Made by a program: the position numbers and the translations under genes | Origin: an uncultured Verrucomicrobiae bacterium | GTDB lineage: Bacteria; Verrucomicrobiota; Verrucomicrobiia; Chthoniobacterales; Chthoniobacteraceae | Assembly: GCA_963836755.1 (NCBI GenBank) | Contig: CAWIKF010000002.1 | Location: 1,376,001 to 1,440,000 of the forward strand | Reading direction: 5' to 3' | Length of the DNA stretch: 64,000 nucleotides | Notes under the pieces: model-generated | Told to the model about the DNA's origin: nothing | Databases searched by the model: none | The model's input: only the letters and a program-made list of their open reading frames with translations | Shown: piece by piece, positions 51,736-60,447 of the stretch | How the letters are laid out: each line of letters starts with the position of its first letter | Numbering within the stretch: position 1 is the stretch's first letter

Positions 51736-52269
51736 ATGCAACGAACGTTCTACGCAACTGCTGATGACCTTCTTCCCGTCTTCGAGCGCGTCGAGAAGCG
51801 ACACAGCCTCGCCTACACGCTTCGTGGCCTTTTCGAGTCACCCACGCTCACAACCGTCATGTCTGGCGCTGCCATTCCCACCCTTCACGCGCCTGCTCCG
51901 ATGTCGAGCGCATCGGGCTGCCATCACTATCTTGCCACTCCGTCCACTGCCTCAGTCCATCTTCGCGAGGTGCCACAGGTCCGCGGCGGCATCCGATACA
52001 CGTTCGATCAGGCTACTACGCCGGATAGCGTCGAGGTTACGCCGGGCGGTTTTTATCGTCCCGACGTGTTGCTCTATGGTCGGGTCGCCACCATTTCGAC
52101 CACCGTGTTCTCCAAGCAGGTGTATCGCGCATTCGCGTCCGCCATCGCAGCTCAGTTTGTTCGCATCCGCGCGTTCTATGTCGGCCCGCAGGCGGCAGAG
52201 TTATTCCATCGCGGCTGCCGTCTTACTATCGGCGCAGACTCACCAACAGAATACGATTTGGCCGCATGA
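51736..52269 (+). CDS. Cassette 3: hypothetical protein
   Basis: 177-aa ORF bounded by attC2 and attC3. Confidence 0.85.
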   Translation: MQRTFYATADDLLPVFERVEKRHSLAYTLRGLFESPTLTTVMSGAAIPTLHAPAPMSSASGCHHYLATPSTASVHLREVPQVRGGIRYTFDQATTPDSVEVTPGGFYRPDVLLYGRVATISTTVFSKQVYRAFASAIAAQFVRIRAFYVGPQAAELFHRGCRLTIGADSPTEYDLAA

Positions 52270-52285
52270 GCAATCAGACCGCAAC

Positions 52286-52403
52286 GCCTAACAATGCGCT
52301 GCAGCGAACTGTTCCGGGCCGTCACGCCTGCTGCTCCCGGCAGAGCCCACCGCGCAGCAGTCATGCCGTCCCTCCGCAGTCGCTGAGCTTGGAGGCGTTA
52401 GGC
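52286..52403 (+). repeat. attC site 3
   Basis: GCCTAAC...GTTAGGC, 118 bp. Confidence 0.92.
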
Positions 52404-52423
52404 GTCGCTCGCCGCTCGTGCTA

Positions 52424-52915
52424 ATGAACATCGAAATCCGACAAGCCGAGGTTCGAGATACCGAGCGAGTTTCGAGCGTTCTTATCGAGGCAGCGGATTG
52501 GCTTCGAGAGCGCGGCATTCCGATGTGGCGCGCTGACGAGTTAGCTCCAGACCGCATTACCTCCGACGTTGTCCGTGGAGACTTCTTTGTTGCGGAGTCT
52601 GGCGACGAGATTGCAGGCACCGTGAAGTTCCAGCTACAGGACGACCTCTTTTGGCCGGACACTTCCGCAGACGAGGCAGCTTTTATCCATCGCCTCGCAG
52701 TGCGGCGTTCATACGCTGGCGGACACATTTCCGGCGCGCTGCTACGGTGGGCGACAGACCGGGCACGCAGTTACCATCGGCGCTATCTCCGTCTCGACTG
52801 CGAGGCATCGCGGCCTCGACTCAGGGCGGTTTACGAGCGATTCGGATTCCGCCATCACAGCGACCGACAGGTCGGGCCATACTTGGTCGCCCGCTACGAA
52901 CACGAACTTCAATGA
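52424..52915 (+). CDS. Cassette 4: GNAT acetyltransferase
   Basis: FIHRLAVRRSYAGG, LRLDC, YERFGF. Confidence 0.9.
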   Translation: MNIEIRQAEVRDTERVSSVLIEAADWLRERGIPMWRADELAPDRITSDVVRGDFFVAESGDEIAGTVKFQLQDDLFWPDTSADEAAFIHRLAVRRSYAGGHISGALLRWATDRARSYHRRYLRLDCEASRPRLRAVYERFGFRHHSDRQVGPYLVARYEHELQ

Positions 52916-52928
52916 CTCCAACCGCAAC

Positions 52929-52978
52929 GCCTAACCATGCGCTGCAGCGACGGCTGCGGCTGTCACGCTGGCTGCTCC
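52929..52978 (+). repeat. attC site 4, left arm only
   Basis: gcctaaccatgcgctgcagcga...gtcacgctggctgctcc; homology stops abruptly. Confidence 0.88.
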
Positions 52979-53087
52979 TGTAACCACGCGAAATTATTGA
53001 AAAGGGTCGGAATGTGCGGCCTTGGTTCGTTATGAAAAGGGTGCGCGTCACGTCAAGTAAAAGGGTCATAACACCGCCGAAAGTAAC

Positions 53088-53275
53088 GATGGCGGCCGGT
53101 CCGCGGAGACTCCGCGAGGCGTTCGCGGGAATAGCAGCGACTTCGAACCGCAAGCGGTTTATCCTCACTTGCGAGCGTTGCCCTTTCGCTTAGCCTTTTA
53201 ACTGCCGCGAGGGAGCCGGCAGTGGCTATTCCTTCAACGCCGGCCGGTGTGACTGATCCCGCACGTCCGGCCATT
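53088..53275. ncRNA. Candidate structured RNA
   Basis: At least six nested helices in a region with no credible ORF. Confidence 0.5.
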
Positions 53276-53278
53276 TCT

Positions 53279-53719
53279 TTACGAGTTCAGAAAAGCCCAG
53301 AGCGCCTGCAAAAATGCGCGTCCGGCGTCGTCGGGATGCTGGCTTACGCCTGCGCAAATTCCGCCGTCAGGCAGGTGCGACCCAAATGTCACGAGGAAGT
53401 CGTCGTCAAACGTCGGCTGCGTGCCTTCATGCGCGGCGATGATCGTGCCGCCTGCATCCGTCGTCTCCGGCACTTCGACGGGCGTCGAGCCGCTGACGTG
53501 AGCATTCTGCAACCAGTCGATGATGATCGGGAAATCCACTATCTGCGGCGATGGTGCCCATGCTTGCAGCCCGGCGACCATCTGCGGCCACGCCGTTTGC
53601 AGTTCCGTAGGCAGATCGGCGACAGCGACCGCGCGCGAGCGGTTGATCCCGTCGATGGTTTGATATGCCGCTGCGCTTTGACAGTTGGCGGCTATGAAAA
53701 TTTGTCGTGTCGTCTTCAT
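53279..53719 (-). CDS. Phage hypothetical protein downstream of tail fibre
   Basis: ATGA overlap with upstream gene. Confidence 0.75.
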   Translation of the reverse strand: MKTTRQIFIAANCQSAAAYQTIDGINRSRAVAVADLPTELQTAWPQMVAGLQAWAPSPQIVDFPIIIDWLQNAHVSGSTPVEVPETTDAGGTIIAAHEGTQPTFDDDFLVTFGSHLPDGGICAGVSQHPDDAGRAFLQALWAFLNS

Positions 53720-55335
53720 GGAACTTTTTGGAAAAAGATGAACGAACTTTTCCGCAGATAGACCGGGTTCGCCGCGTCAGTGGCCGAGCGCTGGGCAACT
53801 TGAAAATGAATCGTCGTCGATGAGCTGAAGACGAGCATCCCTTGCGAGACATCCAGAGCTGTCTTCTTAGGCGCGTCCGCAAATGGCTGGACGGCATATT
53901 GAGCCAAACTCGCTCCATAACGGAAATAAGTCGTCGCCAGCGAGGGATTGGCCGAAGCGGAGCCATTGTCCTGCGTCGTCGAGTTATAGATTTGGAAAAA
54001 ATAATCCGAGTCCGAGCATTCCGTCGTGAGACTTAGGAGCGTGTTTATTCCACCGGTCGTCGATGCGGTGTCCGCATGCACAATGCCGTAAAAACGATAA
54101 GTGCCTGCCGGCAGTGTGACAGTGTCGGTGCCGTCAACAAATGTCGTCGAGTTCGCCGAGAAATCAGCGCTGATGATCAGTTTGTAAAACACGCCAACCC
54201 GAGCATCGAGCTGCGCAGTCGTGATGAGATCGCTGCTCGCGGGCGTGACGCCGACTTGGTTGGGAGCCGTATTATGAGTGCCGCTCGCTACAATGTTTCC
54301 ACTCGCCGCGACGGGACCGTTGAGGTTGATCGTGCCGGTGCCGTTCGGCGACAAATTGATGTTGCCGTTGTTCCCGGTAGAGAGCGTGAAATTCCCGCTC
54401 GAATCGAACGCGCCCTGGATCGTCTTCGATCGGACCGTGGTGCCATCGCTGTCGATCTCGATCCAGTGGTTGTTGACGGCGACCATCTGCGAGTTCGCGA
54501 CGATCGTGCCGGCAGCCGCGTCCACCTTGCGGATCAAGCATTGAAAATTCGTGCCGAGATTTGCGGCCGTGTCGAGCGTGACGACGATGGAACTTGTCCC
54601 CGTGGTGACGTCGAAAACCGTTCCGCAATCAGCGGCCGCGACGGAGAAATTCGCCGACTTCGCGACATGCTTTGAAAACGGAGTTTTGAGATTCGTTCGA
54701 ACGGTCGCGACGTTGGAAAAATCGCTTCCGTTGTTGCTGGTGATGACGAGATTTGTCGGACTCGTGAACGCGGAAATCTGGCCGGCCGCGCCAATCGTGA
54801 CCGAGCCGTTGCCCACCGAAAAGGTGCCACTGAACGCCGTGTTGCTCACGTTGGAAAGACCGACTTTCGTTTTGCTCAAAGTCAGCCACGCGGGATCTGA
54901 ATAGCTGCCGGTGGAGACGACGAGGTTCGTCGGATTGGTAAACGCGGAAACCTGCCCGGCCCCGCCGATCGTGATGGAGCCGTTGCCTGCCGAATAGGTG
55001 CCGCTGAATGCGGTGTTGCTGACGTGTTCGAGACTGACCTGGCTCGCGCTCAAATTCCAGAGCCCGCTGCCGTCGCCAGCGACGCCGCTGAAAGTCACCC
55101 AGTCGCCACTTGGAGCGTTGCCGAGCGTGAGCTGCGTGTTACCGAGATCGAGAGAACCGGAGTTATTCGCGACCGCGTTAAGCTGGTCATTGGAAAGGAG
55201 CAAGCCGTTCGCACTTCCGAAAGTCGCGGCGTCCACCGGGCCTTTGATGAGGCCAGTGCCATCGACAGTGAGCGTCTTCGTCTGCGCCATCGCACAGACC
55301 GGAAGCAAAAGAAGAAAAAGTAATCGTTTAAACAT
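53716..55335 (-). CDS. Putative tail fibre/adhesin with signal peptide
   Basis: G/S/T/N-rich; duplicated 37-aa unit; MFKRLLFLLLLPVCAMA leader. Confidence 0.7.
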   Translation of the reverse strand: MFKRLLFLLLLPVCAMAQTKTLTVDGTGLIKGPVDAATFGSANGLLLSNDQLNAVANNSGSLDLGNTQLTLGNAPSGDWVTFSGVAGDGSGLWNLSASQVSLEHVSNTAFSGTYSAGNGSITIGGAGQVSAFTNPTNLVVSTGSYSDPAWLTLSKTKVGLSNVSNTAFSGTFSVGNGSVTIGAAGQISAFTSPTNLVITSNNGSDFSNVATVRTNLKTPFSKHVAKSANFSVAAADCGTVFDVTTGTSSIVVTLDTAANLGTNFQCLIRKVDAAAGTIVANSQMVAVNNHWIEIDSDGTTVRSKTIQGAFDSSGNFTLSTGNNGNINLSPNGTGTINLNGPVAASGNIVASGTHNTAPNQVGVTPASSDLITTAQLDARVGVFYKLIISADFSANSTTFVDGTDTVTLPAGTYRFYGIVHADTASTTGGINTLLSLTTECSDSDYFFQIYNSTTQDNGSASANPSLATTYFRYGASLAQYAVQPFADAPKKTALDVSQGMLVFSSSTTIHFQVAQRSATDAANPVYLRKSSFIFFQKVP

Positions 55336-55342
55336 AAGAAAA

Positions 55343-56005
55343 TCAGGCTTCGCCGGCTGCGATCGAGAACGTCTCCGCTCCGGCCGCGCCGGAGACTGTG
55401 ATGGTGTGGAAAAGGCTTTGATCCGCGTTCCAGAGCTGCCAACTCCCATCGTCCTTTATCCGGTATTTTCCCGCGACCGTTTTGAGCGCGAGCGCGCCGG
55501 GCAATGGATAAGGCGGATCACCATCCGCATCCGCGCCTTCTGTGCCTTGATAGACGCGTGCTTTGCCGAGCACCGGAAATTCATAGCTGAGCCGCTTTGT
55601 ATTGCCGGCGTTCTGAACTTGGATTTCCGCAAGCACCTGCACGGGATCGGTCGCGGCGGCGGTGAGGAAAGCGGAGACGTTGAGATCGAGATCGGCCTCG
55701 TAGTAGTATTCCCCGTCACTCTGCGTTTCGGTAAACGGCGTGGCTGAAAAAAAACTAGCACCCGTGAGAGCATCAGCCTCCTTGCCATTGAGCACGATCT
55801 GATCGCCGGCATCGATCTGAGCGCCGACCAGCGGGCCGCCTGGCTCCGTTGGCTCATCGCAAAGGTGGACGCGCAGCGTGAAGTGGTCGCCCGGAATCCA
55901 AGTGATTGTGTCGCGCGGCGTCTGGTCGGCCTTGCTGACAACGAGCGGGTTATCCGAGCCTTTGCTCTTGCGCACGAAAATCTCAAAAAGAAGGGCAAAA
56001 GCCAT
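55343..56005 (-). CDS. Phage hypothetical, possible baseplate/fibre adaptor
   Basis: Acidic beta-rich ORF immediately upstream of the fibre gene. Confidence 0.6.
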   Translation of the reverse strand: MAFALLFEIFVRKSKGSDNPLVVSKADQTPRDTITWIPGDHFTLRVHLCDEPTEPGGPLVGAQIDAGDQIVLNGKEADALTGASFFSATPFTETQSDGEYYYEADLDLNVSAFLTAAATDPVQVLAEIQVQNAGNTKRLSYEFPVLGKARVYQGTEGADADGDPPYPLPGALALKTVAGKYRIKDDGSWQLWNADQSLFHTITVSGAAGAETFSIAAGEA

Positions 56006-56069
56006 TACAAAGCGCAGAGCATGCACGCCGGCGTTCATCGCCGCACGCGACGGTGCGAATGGGGCGAAC

Positions 56070-56360
56070 TTAGCGCGTGAGCCGGTTCAACGCGTCGCGC
56101 CGATTTGCGCAGTCGCTGCCGGCGATAAGCGTCCCCGTTTTGTCCAGGCACGGGAGGTGGAGCAGTTTCGCGAGCGGCTTGGCCAGGATTTCAATCGCAT
56201 CGCCGAGGCCCATCTTTTCACAGTCGCGCGAATATTTTCCCCAGCCTGAGACCTTGCAGCTCGCGCATGGATCGCGAAAGAAATCGGGCTCATGCGCGCA
56301 GCCAACTCGCGCGCACATATCTGCGCGGATGTGCGCAACGGTCGCGGGCATCGTTCTCAC
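56070..56360 (-). CDS. Small Cys-rich phage protein
   Basis: Seven Cys; GLGDAI...CANRRDALN; overlaps upstream stop. Confidence 0.7.
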   Translation of the reverse strand: MRTMPATVAHIRADMCARVGCAHEPDFFRDPCASCKVSGWGKYSRDCEKMGLGDAIEILAKPLAKLLHLPCLDKTGTLIAGSDCANRRDALNRLTR

Positions 56361-57100
56361 AGCGGGCTCCCGTTCGGTTTGAGATCAGGATCGGGCCGCG
56401 TGCTGCCGTGATCGTTGTCCACTGGATCGTCCGGCTCATAGCCTTTGACGCAGCTCCATTTCTTGATGTCGTAAAACAGATTCCCGTTTGCATCGGGCTC
56501 AGTCAGCTCGGGCAGATCGTGAGAGATCAGGTTTGCGACATCGCCGGCGCCCTTTGTCGGATCTGGCCAGCATGGGTTTCCTGTGCCGTTCCATTCGTAG
56601 GTGTCGATGTCGGTGAGCTCGTCGGGTCCGCCATCGTCGCGGACAAACCGGCTGCGGATCCAGATTTTCAAAAAGCAATCCGATGCCGGCGCGTGCTGAA
56701 GTTTTCCTTTTGTCCGTTTAATTGAGTAACTGTAGTCACCATCAGGAAGTTCTCGGGAAGCAAAGCAACCGCCTGTGAATGTTCCAGGATAGTCAGGAAG
56801 ATCATCGACTGTCTTTGAAATCAGCGTCGCCGTGAGATAAGGCTCCGAATAAATGGTGCTGGGCGGATCTCCGGTGGGACCTCCGGTTGTATAAACAACG
56901 GTCGTGCCAGTTCCGTCATCATGGTAGGTTGTCGTCCTAATGTTTCCGGCGCCGTCATAGTAAGTCTCGACCGTCCATTCAGCAAAAACTCCGTCTTGAT
57001 ACGCAGAGATGCCAATCTTTGTTCGCGATGCACTGATGCTGTCGCAGACGATGTTCCAGTCGCACTGAATGGCGGAGCAGTTTCCGCACGGCGCGATCAT
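56357..57100 (-). CDS. Phage hypothetical tail-region protein
   Basis: ATGA overlap; N-terminal Cys cluster; acidic. Confidence 0.75.
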   Translation of the reverse strand: MIAPCGNCSAIQCDWNIVCDSISASRTKIGISAYQDGVFAEWTVETYYDGAGNIRTTTYHDDGTGTTVVYTTGGPTGDPPSTIYSEPYLTATLISKTVDDLPDYPGTFTGGCFASRELPDGDYSYSIKRTKGKLQHAPASDCFLKIWIRSRFVRDDGGPDELTDIDTYEWNGTGNPCWPDPTKGAGDVANLISHDLPELTEPDANGNLFYDIKKWSCVKGYEPDDPVDNDHGSTRPDPDLKPNGSPL

Positions 57101-57741
57101 GCTGCCTCGTAGCTGCCGAAGGTGTATGTCCAGGCCGCATCATCATCCTTGTCCACATCGCGATTGCGGCAGGCGATCACAAGTTGGGAGCCGATGCCTT
57201 TCGTGCCGCTGCCGATCGCGACGGAGGTATCGCCGCTCGCGTCAAAATCACCTAGCGGGATGCAAAGCTTCGTGCCGCTATTTGCGGGGATTGTAGCACC
57301 TTCGTTGATCTCGATGTCGGTGACTTGCGGTGCGTCACCAGAGTTGTCGATCGTGAGCTCGATCCAGGCGAAATTGTCGTCATTGGCGACTTCGTCCTCA
57401 TAGGGAGGATCGCCGCCGGCCGTCATGCCGCTCGGCAATCCCGTAAGTCCGCTGGCTAGAGTCAGCGCGCCTCCCACGGCGATCAGCCCGTTTGAAACGC
57501 CGATCTTTTTAGTGACGCTGCCGCCGGTTTTTGTCGAGGCGTCGGAAAGCGCAAAGCTGTTGAGCACGGCTGCCGCGCCACGCCCTGGTTGGACCCGGAG
57601 TTGATGAGTGGTTCCACCAGCGCCGACAGACGGCATGATGTCCGGACTTGGGCGGGGGTAGAATGAACGAAGCAGCGCATTGACCTGCCCCGCCCAGCGC
57701 GGCACATCCTCCCAGCGCGTTGGGATGGTGGGCAGTTGCAT
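57097..57741 (-). CDS. Phage hypothetical tail-region protein
   Basis: Starts 2 nt after upstream stop. Confidence 0.75.
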   Translation of the reverse strand: MQLPTIPTRWEDVPRWAGQVNALLRSFYPRPSPDIMPSVGAGGTTHQLRVQPGRGAAAVLNSFALSDASTKTGGSVTKKIGVSNGLIAVGGALTLASGLTGLPSGMTAGGDPPYEDEVANDDNFAWIELTIDNSGDAPQVTDIEINEGATIPANSGTKLCIPLGDFDASGDTSVAIGSGTKGIGSQLVIACRNRDVDKDDDAAWTYTFGSYEAA

Positions 57742-57743
57742 CT

Positions 57744-58478
57744 TTAGCTGTCCGCGTAGAGATCGGTGTCCCAAAGCGTCGCGCCGGTCCACTCTTGCAC
57801 CCGTGTCCACGTCCGGTCGCGCGTGGCGCGATCTGCCGTCTTCAAATAAATATAGCCATTCACCTTGCAGCCGGAGGGTGGATCGTTGCGCAGCCCGCAT
57901 TCCGAAACATCGGGCTTGCTCGCGTGTTTTGTAGTAACCCTGCACAGCGGCGAGTAGATGACAAAGCTGTCCGTGCCGTGCTTGAGCTTGTCCACGAAAT
58001 CCGTCGCGTTTCCGCTCACCCCGCTATTGCTCGTGAGCTTTGCGTAAGCCGCCGTGCGCAAGCTCGCAGACGCAGCGTTTTTCCATTCTTCGATCGCATC
58101 GAGATCGGCGTCATTGAGCGCTTTTGCTCCTCCATCGAGGTAGCGCGGATGTGTCTCGAGCTTCTTTTGAACTTCGATCCACTCCACTTCGAAAACCGCA
58201 TTGGTATCAAACGTGTAGTCCTGGATCGGCGCTGGCGTCATCGTCACCGTCATGGTGCCGGTGCCACCGGGACCTTTCTCGACGCGCACCGTATCGACAA
58301 AATAAGTCGATGCCACGCCCGAGATGTTTGAAAGGCGCGCCGGCAGGTTTCCCATGATCGCCGTGTAAGGCCCCTTGTAAATTAGCGTGTAGCGAGGCCC
58401 TTCCTTGCTCGTTTCAAAGAGCCGCGAGTTGGCCTGCTCTTTGACATCCGTGGTTCCTTTCCAGCGTGCAGTGGGCAT
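57744..58478 (-). CDS. Phage tail protein following tape measure
   Basis: Position and tight gene packing. Confidence 0.7.
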   Translation of the reverse strand: MPTARWKGTTDVKEQANSRLFETSKEGPRYTLIYKGPYTAIMGNLPARLSNISGVASTYFVDTVRVEKGPGGTGTMTVTMTPAPIQDYTFDTNAVFEVEWIEVQKKLETHPRYLDGGAKALNDADLDAIEEWKNAASASLRTAAYAKLTSNSGVSGNATDFVDKLKHGTDSFVIYSPLCRVTTKHASKPDVSECGLRNDPPSGCKVNGYIYLKTADRATRDRTWTRVQEWTGATLWDTDLYADS

Positions 58479-58481
58479 GGC

Positions 58482-60278
58482 TTAGACGGCGCTCCACTCG
58501 GGAAGACCGGCGGGAGTGATGCGCGCGCCGATCACTTGCACGAAGGTGGCAAACTGTTTGACGAGCTGGCCGGTATTTTCAGCAGTCTTGCGCGCATGAT
58601 CATTTGCAGGGCCGCCAGCGCCTATGAAACCGCCGATCTTTGAAAGGCGATCGCCTTCCTCGAAACGGCCTTTGCGCGCAGGTGAGCCGGAATAATCCTT
58701 CACATTGGCGAGGCCGCCGCCTTTGACTGCGGGCGGCTCTTTGACGCCGGGCGGGAGCGATTTTTGCAGTTCCGTCCAAAGCTTGCTGAGCCTTTCCTGC
58801 AACTCCTTTGGCGCGGTCATGAACACTTGTTTAAATCCATCGTCCCACGCTTTTTTGAGCGCGGCGGGATCGATGTATTTTGCCGCGAGCACTTCTTTCA
58901 AATGCTCGCCAGCCTTGCGGAAAGATTCGCCGGCAGTGTCCTTGTAACTGGAAATAATGTCATCGAGCGGGCCGCCCTTTTGCAGCATGTAGTTGTAGCG
59001 GTCGCCCACGTCCGGTTTGCCAAACGCGACGCCGGCCGCGGCATCGGATTTCTTGTGCACCTCCGCGTATTGATCCTGCAAATCGAAGTAGGTCTTATCC
59101 ATCGTGGGCCGCTTCCCGATGGCTTTTTGAAGCTGCTCCATCTGCGCCTGGTAGCCGTCAAATTCCGTTTTTGCGCGGCTCTTCATCGGGTCGATTTTCC
59201 CCTGGCTCAACGTCGCCACCGATTGCTCAACCTCCGCCTCGAGCGCCGCGATCGGGCGCTTGAAAGCGGTCATCAACACGGCCTCCACTCCGGAGAATGC
59301 GGCCTTGATCATTTCGCCCACGCTCGACCAGAAATCGCCGTCGCTGAGGATCGCCATTCCTTCGGCCACCGCCTCCTGCATGACGTTGATTTCGCCCGCC
59401 CATGCGCGCGTTAAAAAATCCATCCCTTCCGCAAAGCCAACCTGCAAGCTCAAGCTGAGCAGCTCCGAAAGTTTTCCATTGTTAAACGCCGCGTAGAGCG
59501 TCTTCACGGCCCCGCCCAGCGCCTCTCCGAAGCCAGTCAGGTTGATTGATTTGAGCTTGTCGAGCAGCGGCAAAAGCACCGGCGCCACCTGCTCTGCAAA
59601 GCCGGCAAAGAAGCCTTTGACCTTTGCGCCCAGCGCCTCGAAACCGTTGGCAACCTTTGTAAAAATCTCCGCGTTGCGCTGCATGATGGTGCCCATGCCG
59701 CCGGCGAGTTGCGTAGCTTCCTTAATTGCATCGGGCTTGCCGAAGAGGTTCAGCATGTCCGCACCGCCGCGCCCAAAGATTGCCTTGATCGCCGCCATCT
59801 TGGTTGATTGATCGCCCAGGCCGTTGATCGCCTGGCCGATCGCCTCAAACTGCTCCGCCGCGCTTTTGCTTTTCAGGCTCTCCATGTCGAGCCCGAGCTG
59901 GTCGAAAATTTTCTTAGTCGGCTGCCCTTCCTCATTCACGCCGCCGAGCGCCGCCTGCATCATCGCGAGGTTCGCAGTCAAGTTGCCCGCATCCATTCCC
60001 GCCTCGCTATAGGCTTTTCGTAAGATGACCAGGTCGCGAATGCTCTGGCCCGTGGTTCGGCTTTGCGCGCCGAGCTCCTTGCCGGCGTCGAAGATTCCCT
60101 TGAGCCCCTCCGTAAAACCTTCGGCGCTTTTGAAGGCGGCGAAACTCACGCCGATCACGCCCAGGATGCCGGTCAGTTTTTCCGCCACGCCGCGAAAGCT
60201 TTCCATGCCACGCTTCGCCCCCTCGAGCGGGTTCATAAAACCGGCGCTGTTGAGCGTCATCGTGGCGGCGAGATTCAT
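58482..60278 (-). CDS. Tail tape measure protein
   Basis: 598-aa Ala/Gly/Leu-rich helical; FDQLGL, AIFGRGG. Confidence 0.85.
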   Translation of the reverse strand: MNLAATMTLNSAGFMNPLEGAKRGMESFRGVAEKLTGILGVIGVSFAAFKSAEGFTEGLKGIFDAGKELGAQSRTTGQSIRDLVILRKAYSEAGMDAGNLTANLAMMQAALGGVNEEGQPTKKIFDQLGLDMESLKSKSAAEQFEAIGQAINGLGDQSTKMAAIKAIFGRGGADMLNLFGKPDAIKEATQLAGGMGTIMQRNAEIFTKVANGFEALGAKVKGFFAGFAEQVAPVLLPLLDKLKSINLTGFGEALGGAVKTLYAAFNNGKLSELLSLSLQVGFAEGMDFLTRAWAGEINVMQEAVAEGMAILSDGDFWSSVGEMIKAAFSGVEAVLMTAFKRPIAALEAEVEQSVATLSQGKIDPMKSRAKTEFDGYQAQMEQLQKAIGKRPTMDKTYFDLQDQYAEVHKKSDAAAGVAFGKPDVGDRYNYMLQKGGPLDDIISSYKDTAGESFRKAGEHLKEVLAAKYIDPAALKKAWDDGFKQVFMTAPKELQERLSKLWTELQKSLPPGVKEPPAVKGGGLANVKDYSGSPARKGRFEEGDRLSKIGGFIGAGGPANDHARKTAENTGQLVKQFATFVQVIGARITPAGLPEWSAV

Positions 60279-60447
60279 GTGGCGGCCTCCAGTCTGGCCG
60301 GATTCCCAGCGTGCGCACGCGACGCCGCGAATGATGCGCGCGCGGGCCCACCTCGCGCAAAATGGCGATGCTGGCCAGCCTCGCTTTTTCCGGCGATAGC
60401 CGCCGGGCAGTTATCGCCAGAAAAAGCGATGCGTGCGATCGAGAAGT

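Larger units (their letters stand above)
50372..52978 (+). mobile_element. Integron cassette array without integrase in window
   Basis: Four co-oriented ORFs, each followed by a GCCTAAC-initiated attC. Confidence 0.9.

Noticed and set aside
50801..52978. Repeats as CRISPR or IS ends
   Set aside because: About 120-bp palindromes with RYYYAAC/GTTRRRY cores separated by whole genes are attC sites
53053..53274. 73-aa ORF, or an HDV-like ribozyme
   Set aside because: ORF runs into terminal repeats and looks non-coding; I could not build the P3/P1.1 core of an HDV fold
54739..55023. Diversity-generating retroelement TR/VR pair
   Set aside because: Differences are not adenine-specific, both copies are coding, and no reverse transcriptase is in the window
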